Shown piece by piece: positions 18,824 through 29,137 of a stretch of 64,000 nt of DNA. The notes under the pieces were generated by a model. It saw only the letters and a list, made by a program, of their open reading frames with translations. It searched no databases and was not told the DNA's origin. How positions within the stretch are numbered: the stretch's first letter is position 1; the number at the start of each line of letters is the position of its first letter. Origin of the DNA: an uncultured bacterium (lineage in GTDB: Bacteria > Verrucomicrobiota > Verrucomicrobiia > Verrucomicrobiales > DEV007); NCBI GenBank assembly GCA_963977015.1, contig CAXBMO010000003.1:96001-160000 (forward strand). The letters are read 5' to 3'. A program made the translations under genes and the position numbers.

Positions 18824-21342
18824 TTTCCTGGGCGCGCCCGCCCCAGAACCACGCGAAACCCAACGCCGGCTTCCCTCGTGCCGGGATCGAGGGACCTTCG
18901 GTAGGAGGAAATCAGCTCAAGCTGCTCGGACGTTTCCCAACTTCCGCCTCGAATCGTTCCAATCTCCTCCTGGCCGCCGGTGTAGTTGTCGCTCACCCAT
19001 TCCCAGACGTTGCCTGACATGTGATAGAGTCCAAACCGATTTGGGCGCAACTCATTGACCCAGGCAATCTTGGGAAACGAATCGTTATACCCCTCGATCG
19101 TGCTTGGTCCGGGGCCGTTGAATTCAATCTCACCCACCAACGCATTAAACAGGTCGCGCAAACTTTCATCGGCAACGTTGGCCGATTCGGGGGGAGGTGG
19201 CCATTCGTAGCCCCAGGGAAAGATTCCGGTAATGAAGCCATTGCGGCTTTGTGGCGTGGTCCCGCGCTCCGGGGGGAGTCCCGCAGCCATGCTCCATTCG
19301 TCGTCGGTCGGTAAGCGGTAGGCCAATCGTGACGTCAAGCCGCCACTCTCCCGCTCCAAGTCCGTTAACCATTGGCAAAAAGCCTCAGCATCCTCTCGGG
19401 AGACGCCATGAATCGGATGGAGATCCTGCGCTCTCTGCGGGACTTGCAGATCGGATAGCGTTTCTTCGCAAAAGCGGCGAAAATCCATCACCCGCGTTTC
19501 GGTAGCCGAAATCAGGATGTCGCCAACCGGCAAAAGATCCATGCCCAGCAGATTCGCCCAAGGTTTGCCAAACTCGGCGGCTTCACCTGGGTCCAACTCG
19601 GCCTTGAGTTCCAATTGTCCATCACGCGGGACCTGACCTTCGAGGTAAAAGGGCTTGTGGCCCTCCATCCTCAGTTCGTAGCTCACCGGGCCGGTTTTCA
19701 GGCGCGGAAAACTCATCGGCGTCTTGCCCAATTCGGTACCGTCCCTTGCGAACACAGCCGCCCCGGGCGGAGTTGACGTGATCAAAAGGCTGCCGTAGCC
19801 CGTTCGCTGAACCACAACCACAAAGGGGGAAATCGAGATGTTCGTTCGTCCAAATTGAAGACGCTTTTGGGGCCAGTGAACCTCTTGATCGGCAGGGAGA
19901 GGGACCGGTTTGTAGACATAGTCACTCCCCACGAACCCCGCCTCCAAATCCATCGTTCGCAGCCAGTCGGTGAAGCCTCGTTGGTCCCGGGCCGAGGCGA
20001 TTGGGATCGGAAACGATTCGCCACTGTGATTTTGCATCACGATCTGGCTTTCGAACAATCGCCGTTGCGCGATCGCGGAATCCACAAACAAGTCTGCATG
20101 AACGGGGTAAGCCAAGCGATGTCCACTTCCAATGGGTTTAAATTCCAGGCCGAGACTGTTCGTCCAGGTCTGACCGGGTTGGGGAAATTTCGACTCCTCG
20201 AGCTCAATGTGGAGACTTGATCGCGGATCGGTGGAACCGCTGAACTCAATCGAATCCTTCCGATAACCGGTCAGAAGGAATTCAAAATTGACCCCGGATT
20301 CAGGTTTCTCCGGAAGGGAAAACGGGGTTGTTCCAACCTTTTCGACCCCGATAAAAACGTCCGCCCCTTCCGGGGTGCTCGTAATGTCGAAACCCACCGC
20401 GGGTTCAGGCGTGAGAACCAAAAGCCCCAAGGCCACGGTCACCAGGGCTCCAACAATCAGGCCAAAATACAGTTGCCCCCGTTTCTTCGCTTTCTCCGTC
20501 TTTTCTCCGCGGAGAGCCTGTGCCATTTCCCCGCCAGATTCGTACCGATCGCTGACTTTGCGTGCGCAGGCCTTACAGACCACAGTATTGATTCGACGCC
20601 AAAGGTTGGGATTGCTCCGTTCCCTGAAATCGGTGGGGACATCTGGGAAATCGAGCCGGTCCTTTCCGGTGCTCAACTCGTAAATGACCATTCCAAGGCT
20701 GAAAATATCTCCACTCGGTGTGCCTGCGCCCTCAGGAGGAACATACCCTTCTGTTCCGACAAAGCTGCGATCTCCCAAGGCTGCCACCAATCCAATATCG
20801 GCGAGCTTGGCTTGGCGTGCGACCAGGATGACGTTGGACAATTTTACGTCGCGGTGGATCAAATCCTTCTGGTGCAGGTAGTCCAATGCTTCAGCCAATT
20901 GGGCTCCCTGATCCGCGCAGGCCTGCAGGTCGATTTCTTCCCGCTCCATCATCTCCGTGCGAAACGTGTGAGGCGTGTAGACATCGGGATCAAATTCCTG
21001 GCCTTCCCTCACATCATCGGCAATTTCCATGATGTAGTAGTAGCTGTCCGCGCTGTCATCGCGGCCCACCTGAAGGATGTGAACGAGACCGGGATGCTGG
21101 CGAGAAATCGGCTCGTAGCGTTTGATGGCTTCGAATTCCCGCTCAAAATCTTTTTCCGAGTCGAAGTCGCCCCGCCAAATGACCTTCACGGCGCGGAAAA
21201 CTCCAGTTACGGTTCGCGCGAGCCACACTTCACCAAACGAGCCCTTCCCAATTTGACGAAGCACCTCGTGATCCGGAATTTCCGGCTTTTCACGGGGCGC
21301 GATTAACGATGATGAAGATTTTTGGACGCTCCGTTCGGGCAT
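18820..21342 (-). CDS. Membrane Ser/Thr protein kinase with PEGA and FGE-sulfatase (SUMF1-like) domains
   Basis: IGKGSFGEVW, AVKVI, HRDVKLSN, LADIG, GTEGYVPPE; one TM; two PEGA starts (ITSTPEGA, ITSTPPGA); YRLPTDDEW, GLYHMSGNVWEW, RGGSW, GFRVV. Confidence 0.92.
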   Translation of the reverse strand: MPERSVQKSSSSLIAPREKPEIPDHEVLRQIGKGSFGEVWLARTVTGVFRAVKVIWRGDFDSEKDFEREFEAIKRYEPISRQHPGLVHILQVGRDDSADSYYYIMEIADDVREGQEFDPDVYTPHTFRTEMMEREEIDLQACADQGAQLAEALDYLHQKDLIHRDVKLSNVILVARQAKLADIGLVAALGDRSFVGTEGYVPPEGAGTPSGDIFSLGMVIYELSTGKDRLDFPDVPTDFRERSNPNLWRRINTVVCKACARKVSDRYESGGEMAQALRGEKTEKAKKRGQLYFGLIVGALVTVALGLLVLTPEPAVGFDITSTPEGADVFIGVEKVGTTPFSLPEKPESGVNFEFLLTGYRKDSIEFSGSTDPRSSLHIELEESKFPQPGQTWTNSLGLEFKPIGSGHRLAYPVHADLFVDSAIAQRRLFESQIVMQNHSGESFPIPIASARDQRGFTDWLRTMDLEAGFVGSDYVYKPVPLPADQEVHWPQKRLQFGRTNISISPFVVVVQRTGYGSLLITSTPPGAAVFARDGTELGKTPMSFPRLKTGPVSYELRMEGHKPFYLEGQVPRDGQLELKAELDPGEAAEFGKPWANLLGMDLLPVGDILISATETRVMDFRRFCEETLSDLQVPQRAQDLHPIHGVSREDAEAFCQWLTDLERESGGLTSRLAYRLPTDDEWSMAAGLPPERGTTPQSRNGFITGIFPWGYEWPPPPESANVADESLRDLFNALVGEIEFNGPGPSTIEGYNDSFPKIAWVNELRPNRFGLYHMSGNVWEWVSDNYTGGQEEIGTIRGGSWETSEQLELISSYRRSLDPGTREAGVGFRVVLGRARPGN

Positions 21343-21434
21343 GCGTATTGTTGGTGTCAGTTTGCAGGCATTTGCTCAAATTTTCCAGTGAATCCAGAGT
21401 TGCAGGTCACTGTCTAGAGAAGGAGCAGTGGAAA

Positions 21435-22829
21435 GTGAGTCATTTTTCTTCCTCATATCACTTGGTCTATGTGTTTGAGCGTTTTCCGACGTTCACGCAA
21501 ACCTTTTGCGTTCGCGAAATCCTGGAACTGGAGCGGCAAGGCATTCGGCCGCTCATTTTCAGTATTCGTGATACCCGGGACGAACCGGCGCAGAGCTACC
21601 CGGAGGAATTGCGGGATCGCGTCCACTATCTTCCGCCACGTGACGAACTGGTTGCAACGGTAAAACAACTGCGGTCTGACAAATTGCTCTCAAAGGCTGC
21701 CGATCGAACATTGCGCTACTGGCGGGATCAACCGGACAAGCTCCGGGTTTATGAGGCGGCCTACATCGCCCAGAAGATTCGTGAGATCGCCCCCAATCTG
21801 ACCCATGCTCATTGCCATTTTGGTGGCAAAGCCGCGCGAACGCTCTGGTGGTTGCGACATTTTCAACGCATGAGCTACAGCTTCACCGCTCATGCCAATG
21901 ACGTCTTTTGTGCGGAAACGAACACCGAGGTGACCATGGATCGGCTGATGCGTGATGCGTCGCGAGTGGTGACGGTGAGCGATTACACGGTGAGGCGCCT
22001 CTCCAACGAATACCCTTCGGTTCGCACCAAAATCCAGCGCGTCTACAACGGGCTCGAACTCGAAAAATGGGTCCAAGCCAGCCAGGGCGCACCGAAAGGG
22101 ATTGGAAGCCGGAGAATTTACTCGGTTGGTCGTCTCATTGAAAAGAAGGGCTTTGACGATCTCATTCTCGCGAGTGCGCGCCTCCGTGATCAAAAAGTGG
22201 ATCATACCTGCCACATCATCGGCGGAGGACCACTTGAGGATGATTTGCGCCGCCAAATCCAGGAAAACGGATTGGAAGACACGGTCTTTCTGGAAGGGGA
22301 GAAGGATCAGGCCGGCATCATTCACGCCTTGGCCAATGAAGCGCATCTCTTTGCGCTCCCCTGCGTAACCGAAGCGGATGGCGGAATGGATAACCTTCCC
22401 ACGGTGATCATGGAAGCAATGGCGGTGGGTTTACCGTGCGTCAGTACCCGGCTTGCGGGAGTGCCTGAGATGGTCCTGGAAAATCAGACGGGCCTTTTGG
22501 TTGAAGAACGTCGGCCCGAGGAGTTTGCGAGCCAGCTGAAAATCCTTTTGGAAGATGAGTCGCTTTGCGAAAAGTTTGGGCGGGAGGGGTTCCGGCTTGC
22601 CGCCAACCGTTTCGACAAAGCCGTTACCGCGGGAAATTTGAAGCGCAGCCTCATCAGTGGGGGGATGGTCCGGTTCGATCCGGAACTCGTTCATGAGAAC
22701 CCGGCCCTTGCCTTTGGATACGCCTGCCAACTGCCTTTAAGAGCGGGACGGCTTTTGGGATTGGGGAGAGGATTTTATCCAAAAACCCTCCTCATTGACG
22801 AACCTGAAAAAAGTCAAATTACCGCCTGA
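21435..22829 (+). CDS. Glycosyltransferase family 4
   Basis: ERFPTFTQTFCVREI, HAHCHF, SFTAHAND, SVGRLIEKKGF, DNLPTVIMEAMA, GVPEMV. GTG start chosen after AGGAG at 21421; start uncertain. Confidence 0.9.
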   Translation: MSHFSSSYHLVYVFERFPTFTQTFCVREILELERQGIRPLIFSIRDTRDEPAQSYPEELRDRVHYLPPRDELVATVKQLRSDKLLSKAADRTLRYWRDQPDKLRVYEAAYIAQKIREIAPNLTHAHCHFGGKAARTLWWLRHFQRMSYSFTAHANDVFCAETNTEVTMDRLMRDASRVVTVSDYTVRRLSNEYPSVRTKIQRVYNGLELEKWVQASQGAPKGIGSRRIYSVGRLIEKKGFDDLILASARLRDQKVDHTCHIIGGGPLEDDLRRQIQENGLEDTVFLEGEKDQAGIIHALANEAHLFALPCVTEADGGMDNLPTVIMEAMAVGLPCVSTRLAGVPEMVLENQTGLLVEERRPEEFASQLKILLEDESLCEKFGREGFRLAANRFDKAVTAGNLKRSLISGGMVRFDPELVHENPALAFGYACQLPLRAGRLLGLGRGFYPKTLLIDEPEKSQITA

Positions 22830-22910
22830 AGACAAGCTTAATCTTGTGTTGACGATTCCGGTCCCATCTGCAATCTTCCCCTCCGGTTTCGACGGCGCTA
22901 TTTCTCTTTC

Positions 22911-23000
22911 GGTGAGGTGGCTGAGTGGTCGAAAGCGCTTCTTTGCTAAAGAAGTGAACTCGCAAGGGTTCCGTGGGTTCGAATCCCACCCTCACCGCCA
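22911..23000 (+). tRNA. tRNA-Ser(GCT)
   Basis: GGTGAGG acceptor pairing with CCTCACC, discriminator G, encoded CCA; anticodon arm CTTCT-TTGCTAA-AGAAG; long variable arm; GGTTCGAATCC T-arm. Confidence 0.97.
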
Positions 23001-23026
23001 TTTTTTCCCGACGTGCGCACTGCGAC

Positions 23027-23779
23027 TCAACCCAACGAATCCGCAATCTGTTTCGCGTAGCGACTTGCCTTTTCTGCGAAACTGAGGTCCGGCTCAGCGA
23101 AGGTGATTCCGCGTGAAACGTTCACCAGCAATGGTGCTTTGCGGTTCTCCCCTTTCAGGGCATCCAGATTACCGCCTTGCGCGCCGAGTCCGGGAATCAA
23201 CAACGGAGCATCGGGAATCCGGGAAAGAACTTCGTCCGCAGCGTTGGTGAGCCCAACAACGAGGCCGATTTGTTCCGATGCGAGGCTCATTTCGGCAGCA
23301 TACTCAAAGATGTAACGTCCGTCACTTTGCCGAAGTTCAATATCCTTCGCTCCGGGATTCGACGTGACCGCCAGGAGGTAGATTCCCTTGTCCTTGTAAT
23401 CCAGGAAGGGTTCGAGCGTTTCGGCACCCATGTAGGGATTCAGAGTCACCGCGTCGGCGCCCCATACTTCAAAACAGGCTTTCGCATAATATTTCTGGGT
23501 TTCGCCGATGTCGCCCCGTTTGGCATCAAGGATCACGGGGATCGTTTCCGGAATTCGCGCCAGTGTTTTCTCCAGCGCGAGAAGGCCGTCCAGTCCCATG
23601 GCTTCAAAATAGGCAATGTTGGGCTTGTAGGCCGCGGTAAACGCCGCGGTTTCGTCAATCACACGAGTTAAAAACTCCGCCACCGACCCTTTGATTTGAT
23701 CCGGACGTGGATCCAAGCCCACACACAAGTTTGATCCTGTGGTCTCGATTTGGTTGCTCAGCTTTTCGCGATACGTCAT
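23027..23779 (-). CDS. pyrF: Orotidine-5'-phosphate decarboxylase (type 2)
   Basis: LCVGLDP, YKPNIAYFE, ILDAKRGDIG, TLNPYMG, TSNPG, LIPGLGAQGG, VSRGI. Confidence 0.96.
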   Translation of the reverse strand: MTYREKLSNQIETTGSNLCVGLDPRPDQIKGSVAEFLTRVIDETAAFTAAYKPNIAYFEAMGLDGLLALEKTLARIPETIPVILDAKRGDIGETQKYYAKACFEVWGADAVTLNPYMGAETLEPFLDYKDKGIYLLAVTSNPGAKDIELRQSDGRYIFEYAAEMSLASEQIGLVVGLTNAADEVLSRIPDAPLLIPGLGAQGGNLDALKGENRKAPLLVNVSRGITFAEPDLSFAEKASRYAKQIADSLG

Positions 23780-23868
23780 TCCGTTTCATCCATGAGGTAG
23801 GCTTGTTAGGCAACCGAGAACTTTGACGAGGGACCCGCTAAAGTGAGCTCAGCTTGCTGTTCTTTGAC

Positions 23869-26376
23869 TTAGAACTCGATTAACCGCGCCTCAGAGTAAG
23901 GATCGACAGACGCTTCGATTCCTTTGAGTTCATTCCAGATCCCAAGGTCAGGCTCCCCGATGCGCAGGTCGTAGCGGCCCGGAGCAAAAACCCAGGGGGT
24001 AATCTTGTTCCCGTTGATGCGTAGCGCATAGACCAGCTTTTTGGTAACCGCTTCGCGAACCTGGATCACCGGATTGTTCATTCCCCCGACTTCAAGCGGA
24101 GGAAGGTAACCTTCAGGTTCTCTTGGGTAGTTGTCGCGCTGTTTGATGGTCCTGGGCCAACCGGGATATTGTCGGGCTTCGGGATCAGACGGGTCAACTC
24201 GCCGCGGCCAGCATTCCATGGTGATGGTGCGCTCCGGTTTGCGAAATCGAACGATCCCGTAACCCGGCATCTTGTTGTGAAGTTCGCGCGGCTCGACTCC
24301 AAAATCTTCTCCGGGAATGGTCGCGGCATAGACCGTTACCGGATTGTGAAACCCGTCGATGTGATCTCCTTGCCAATGAGGGGCGTTGTCGGGGCGATTG
24401 AGACCAGAGCGGCGCGGGTTCCATGCCCGGGGGTAAAAGTTGGCAATGGATGGCACACAAAAACTCCAAATACTGTCCCGATGCTTGTCCACTCCGTGAT
24501 GCACAATCGAGGCGAGATGCTGGTCACCGGCCAGGTGAAAAGCGAAGGCTTTCCGGAGGTGGTCCAGGGCTTGGTTTCGCCCGGATTGGGGCCATCCATT
24601 GGAGTCGAGGTCGGCCACAAGATAGTCGAGATTCGCCCCATGATGCGTCGCCATGTTTGCGAAGATGGTTTGGGAAAGCGCCACCTTGAATTCGGATTGG
24701 CGCCAATCCTCGGCCCAGACTTCAAGAAAGTCGTGCTGACGATCCCCCAGTAGCTGCAAACCCGGAAGATCAAGCTGGCGAGTGTCGAAATTTGGGTTGT
24801 TGAAATGATCGGGGCGTCCGGTCCCGCTCGGCGGTAACCCGTGATTGGCGCATCCGGACTTGAACTTCCGGTCTTCGAGGATGGCGAAACTAACTCGCCC
24901 ATAGTTGAGTTCCGTGAAATAGACGGGGATTCCCTGCGCAACCGGCTCTGGATCGAACGGGTCGGGCAGATGGCTGGTCTGGGTGCGATGCACCATCTTG
25001 ACGAAATCAGCCGGATGGACATAGCCACCTTCGTTATCGACATGAATCGGACGGCCGCCTTCGCCCCAGATGTTCCCCTGATACACATCGTGATCGTCGG
25101 GAATCGTGACCGTTGGAATGTCCCGCATCAGATCGCGATACGCCCAACAGAAGAGATACCACTTGTAGAGGTAATCGAGATTAATTTGGTTCCGGTCAGG
25201 AAAAGTCGGACTTTTGCCTTCATAAACCTGGTCACCACTGAAAAACAGGAGGTCGGGATCGTGGTGGGTCACTTTTTCGACCACGTCTGTATGCGGAAAC
25301 CACATTCCCTCGATCCAATTGGTGGCTTCCTTCTTGGAGCCGATCTGGTGCGAGTTGTTGTGATTCCCCGTGAAGCCGGCAACGACGATCTCCGGTTTGT
25401 CGGCCGGGTCTTTGCGGATGATTCCGGACCAGACAGAGTCGCCGTAAACGACGCGATAGAGCGTATCCTGTTCCGCATCCCAGTCCTCCACCCGAAAGGT
25501 TGCGGTCCACCCTGGAACCAGGATTTCTGCCTCGGCGGTAGGATGCCAGGATTCCCCCATCTTGGTTTCGAGGAAGCATCTCTTAGGTTCGTCGTTTCCG
25601 ACCGGGAGCAATTGCGCCGTCATTTTCATCACCCTTCGACTGAGCGTATACTGGGTGCAGGCGATCGGGCCAAAGGCTGCCTTTGCATCGCTTTCGATCC
25701 CTGCTCCATCCAACTCAAGGTTATCGAACCATGCCTGATGCCCGTTGCCGGGTGTGGGATTGGAGACCAAAGCGAGATTGCCTTTCGCCGTAGGAATCTC
25801 GAATGTGCCCTTTGAGAGTTGATCGCCATCGGGAGAGGAGACGAGGGCTTTGATGATGAAGCCGTCAGTTCCGGGTTCTGCGGCAATTTCGAGAATCGCA
25901 TCATCAATGGAAGCCTGGCCGGTCGTGGCGCTATCTGGGTCGCGTTGGTTCAGGAATACCTGCCCGTTCCCATCGACGCCGATGAAGGAGCCAAATCCCG
26001 GACCGGGCCATTGATGAATGATCGCGGCGGCGCGGTAATCCATTTCGGCTCCGCCCGCTCCCAGGAGAATGCCGCGCGCTGATTTTGGACTCGGCTTGTC
26101 TCCAGGAATCCGAATCGCCCCCAGTCGGACGGAAACTCGGAAACCAGCCTCCCCATTGAGGCGATGCGTCAGCAAATGCACAGTCCGCATCGGAAGGTTC
26201 TTCTTGGCGACACATTCAACCCGCCCGTCTTTGATGTGCCAGTCCTGCAATCGGTTCGCCCAAAAGTCGGCTCCAATCCAGGTTCGGTCCGGTTCGGCAT
26301 CCCATTGGCTGCGGAAGACCTGAGCATCGGCACTCGCCATCATCAGGAGCGCGAAAAGAGGTAGGGTTTTCAGCAT
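23869..26376 (-). CDS. PhoD-like metallophosphatase with N-terminal beta domain, signal peptide
   Basis: FFSGDQVYE, IPDDHDVYQGN, LEDRKFK, DLDSNGWP, LAGDQH. Confidence 0.85.
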   Translation of the reverse strand: MLKTLPLFALLMMASADAQVFRSQWDAEPDRTWIGADFWANRLQDWHIKDGRVECVAKKNLPMRTVHLLTHRLNGEAGFRVSVRLGAIRIPGDKPSPKSARGILLGAGGAEMDYRAAAIIHQWPGPGFGSFIGVDGNGQVFLNQRDPDSATTGQASIDDAILEIAAEPGTDGFIIKALVSSPDGDQLSKGTFEIPTAKGNLALVSNPTPGNGHQAWFDNLELDGAGIESDAKAAFGPIACTQYTLSRRVMKMTAQLLPVGNDEPKRCFLETKMGESWHPTAEAEILVPGWTATFRVEDWDAEQDTLYRVVYGDSVWSGIIRKDPADKPEIVVAGFTGNHNNSHQIGSKKEATNWIEGMWFPHTDVVEKVTHHDPDLLFFSGDQVYEGKSPTFPDRNQINLDYLYKWYLFCWAYRDLMRDIPTVTIPDDHDVYQGNIWGEGGRPIHVDNEGGYVHPADFVKMVHRTQTSHLPDPFDPEPVAQGIPVYFTELNYGRVSFAILEDRKFKSGCANHGLPPSGTGRPDHFNNPNFDTRQLDLPGLQLLGDRQHDFLEVWAEDWRQSEFKVALSQTIFANMATHHGANLDYLVADLDSNGWPQSGRNQALDHLRKAFAFHLAGDQHLASIVHHGVDKHRDSIWSFCVPSIANFYPRAWNPRRSGLNRPDNAPHWQGDHIDGFHNPVTVYAATIPGEDFGVEPRELHNKMPGYGIVRFRKPERTITMECWPRRVDPSDPEARQYPGWPRTIKQRDNYPREPEGYLPPLEVGGMNNPVIQVREAVTKKLVYALRINGNKITPWVFAPGRYDLRIGEPDLGIWNELKGIEASVDPYSEARLIEF

Positions 26377-26442
26377 GCGACAAATGAGCCTACTCTCCGG
26401 GAAAATACAAGACAAGAGCGGGGTATCGATCTGGTGGGGTAG

Positions 26443-26949
26443 CTATGAATTCTCCGCTTTCCCTTTTTCTGCCTCACGAAGGGCCAAAAAGACCGGAGCA
26501 GGAACATAACGGCGGACTTGTTCCTCCCAACCGGTTGGTCCAACCAAACCCTTGACCATGCTGGAACTTACTTCTGCCATTTCCCGGGACGGCATTAAAA
26601 ACACGGTCGTGATTTCCGGACGGATGTCCTCATTGATTTGACGCATCACTCTCTCAAACTCGTAGTCACCCGGGGAGCGGATCCCGCGAATGATGTAGTG
26701 CGCGCCGATTTCGGAAGCGTAGTCGACCAGGTAACGATTGTCGAAGTGCGCGATGGAGATGGCATCGTCATCAGGCAAGACCGCACGCAAAAGCTCGAGG
26801 CGCGTTTGGAGGGGGAAGCTGTATTGCTTTTCCGGGTTCGTTCCAATCGCGACTGTCAGATGGTCGAAAAGTTTGGATGCCTCGTTAACGATCCAGAGAT
26901 GCCCATTGGTAATGGGATCAAAACTCCCGGCATAAACTGCGTGTTTCAC
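26443..26949 (-). CDS. coaD: Phosphopantetheine adenylyltransferase
   Basis: AVYAGSFDPITNGH, IIRGIR, DYEFE, VSSSMVK. Confidence 0.96.
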   Translation of the reverse strand: MKHAVYAGSFDPITNGHLWIVNEASKLFDHLTVAIGTNPEKQYSFPLQTRLELLRAVLPDDDAISIAHFDNRYLVDYASEIGAHYIIRGIRSPGDYEFERVMRQINEDIRPEITTVFLMPSREMAEVSSSMVKGLVGPTGWEEQVRRYVPAPVFLALREAEKGKAENS

Positions 26950-27177
26950 TCTTTCAGGCTAGCATCCTCCCGATCGAGTCGCCAACGACAAACCATCTTT
27001 GAATGGTGTTTTCACGGTCGCCAAGTTCAAAGCTGGTGACGGCGTTACAAACTGGTTGCCCATCGCCGACCATCATCCCATCCTACTTCCAAGTCCAATC
27101 TACGACCGAATTCACCGTCTGAATCAAAAAAGGAAGAACAAATCGCAATGCCTCAGAAGACCAGGAGACTAGGAACC

Positions 27178-28548
27178 ATGCTTGCTCGTTTTTCAGGCCT
27201 CCTCAGTTGGGTGATTGCATCCACGTTGTTGGCAGCTGCCGATCGACCGAATATCGTTCTGGTTCTTTGTGATGACCTTCGGGCTGATGCCCTGGGGTGC
27301 ATGGGGCACCCTTGGGCGCAAACGCCCAATATCGATCAGTTGTCGGTCGATGGAGTGACGTTTGATCGTGCCTTTGCCGTGAGTGCAATTTCCGTCACGA
27401 GTCGTGGGAATCTGCTGACGGGCCAATATGCTGCGCTTAGTAAATGGCGGCATGGAGATTTTCGGGGCAAGGAGCTGACTGCATCACAGCTGCGTCAAAC
27501 CTACCTGTCGAAACTCAAGCTTGCAGGATACCGCGTGAATTATGTTGGGAAGTGGGGAATCGGCACTCCTCCACGGGCGTTCTTTGATCAGAACCTCGCC
27601 TTTGGTGGGGAAGGGCATTATCAAACGAGTGAGGAGGAGCCGCATCTTACCGCAGCGACTGCCGCACAGGCGGTATCAGTGATTCAAAACGGCGACGGGA
27701 GGCCATTTTTCCTGGGAATCGGCTTCAAAGCGCCGCAAGCAGAGGAAGGGAAGAAGCCGCTTTTTTACCCCTATGATGTGAATCTGGTGGGTGATCTTTA
27801 TACGGATATTCTGGTCGGGCGACCTTCGCTCTCTGGTCCGGACTACTTCAACGGATTACCCGACTTCATGAAACGATCGTTGAACCGTGAGCATTGGGGC
27901 TACCAACTCAGTTCACCCGAATTGTTCAGGAGTTCGGTGAAGGGATATCATCGTCTCGTCGCTGGTGTTGATCATGCAGTTGGGCAAATTGTTGATGCCC
28001 TGGAAGAGTCTGGGCAGATGGAAAACACGGTGATGATTTTCACTTCGGTTCACGGCACTTATCTTGGAACCCGAGGGTTCGCCGGTGCGTGGTTGCCGCA
28101 TGAGCCCAGTATCGCCATCCCCTTGATCATCGTCGATCCCAGGCTTCCGGTGACGGAGCGCGGACGTCGCAACGAATTCGCGCTGACCATCGATTTGGCT
28201 TCCACCATCCTTGAGTTGGCAGGGACCGATCCGATGCCGGGAAGTCAAGGGAAGAGCTTGCTGCCCATTCTTGAGGGTGGCGCGCCGGAAGACTGGCGCG
28301 ACGAGTTCTTCTACGAACACTATTTCATGCCCTTCAAAATCCCCGCAACGGAAGCGGTGAGGACGGAGCGATGGAAATACATCCGCTATATGAATTCCGA
28401 CCCACTCTTTGAGGAACTCTACGACCTCTCCAAGGATCCCCTGGAAGAACGGAATCTGATTGGCAACGTTGATTACGCTTTTGTTCATCGGATGATGGAG
28501 AAGAAATGGCTCGAACATCATGAGAAGGTAAAGCTTCGGGTTCGCTAA
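27178..28548 (+). CDS. Sulfatase-fold protein with degenerate active site
   Basis: RPNIVLVLCDDL, TPNIDQL, DLASTILELAG, WRDEFFYE, VRTERWKY, ELYDLSKDPLEERNL. Signature reads SVTSR instead of C/S-x-P-x-R. Confidence 0.85.
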   Translation: MLARFSGLLSWVIASTLLAAADRPNIVLVLCDDLRADALGCMGHPWAQTPNIDQLSVDGVTFDRAFAVSAISVTSRGNLLTGQYAALSKWRHGDFRGKELTASQLRQTYLSKLKLAGYRVNYVGKWGIGTPPRAFFDQNLAFGGEGHYQTSEEEPHLTAATAAQAVSVIQNGDGRPFFLGIGFKAPQAEEGKKPLFYPYDVNLVGDLYTDILVGRPSLSGPDYFNGLPDFMKRSLNREHWGYQLSSPELFRSSVKGYHRLVAGVDHAVGQIVDALEESGQMENTVMIFTSVHGTYLGTRGFAGAWLPHEPSIAIPLIIVDPRLPVTERGRRNEFALTIDLASTILELAGTDPMPGSQGKSLLPILEGGAPEDWRDEFFYEHYFMPFKIPATEAVRTERWKYIRYMNSDPLFEELYDLSKDPLEERNLIGNVDYAFVHRMMEKKWLEHHEKVKLRVR

Positions 28549-28565
28549 ATACAGGTGAGACAAGC

Positions 28566-29126
28566 ATGATCAAGATTGATGACGAAAATCCCTGGAAAAC
28601 GCATTCCGACAAAACGGTTTACGAAAATCCATGGATCAAGGTGGTCGAGAATCAGGTCACCAACCCGAACGGCGGACGTGGGATCTATGGAGTGGTCCAC
28701 TTTCAACACATCGCGATTGGAGTGATTCCGGTCGATGAGGAAGATCACACTTGGTTGGTCGGGCAATATCGCTATGCTCAGAATCGTTTTGAGTGGGAGA
28801 TACCGGAAGGTGGAGGCAAGCCGGATGTGGACCCGGTCGAAAGTGCAAGACGGGAACTGCGGGAGGAAACCGGGATACTCGCCAAGGATTTTGAATTGAT
28901 TCTAACGGATTTTCAAACCTCCAACTCAGTCTGCAACGAGGTCGGGCAAATTTTCATCGCGCGAGATCTGACGCATCATGCTCCGGAGCCGGAAGAGACC
29001 GAGCAACTTTTCGTGAAACGGCTTCCGCTGACGGACGCATTCGAAATGGTTCACCGCGGCGAAATTCGAGATTCGATGTCAGTGGCCGGACTTCTGAAGC
29101 TGGAAGTCCGGATGCTGAGAGGTTGA
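28566..29126 (+). CDS. NUDIX hydrolase (ADP-ribose pyrophosphatase-like)
   Basis: Nudix box EIPEGG...SARRELREETGI; QYRY; IRDSMS. Confidence 0.92.
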   Translation: MIKIDDENPWKTHSDKTVYENPWIKVVENQVTNPNGGRGIYGVVHFQHIAIGVIPVDEEDHTWLVGQYRYAQNRFEWEIPEGGGKPDVDPVESARRELREETGILAKDFELILTDFQTSNSVCNEVGQIFIARDLTHHAPEPEETEQLFVKRLPLTDAFEMVHRGEIRDSMSVAGLLKLEVRMLRG

Positions 29127-29137
29127 ACTACCTCCCA

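Noticed and set aside
22911-23030. Possible island integrated at tRNA-Ser (also considered for tRNA-Val)
   Set aside because: No integrase and no duplicated tRNA 3' end seen; the flanking genes are ordinary.
22819-23085. Short ORFs on both strands
   Set aside because: They overlap the tRNA-Ser gene.
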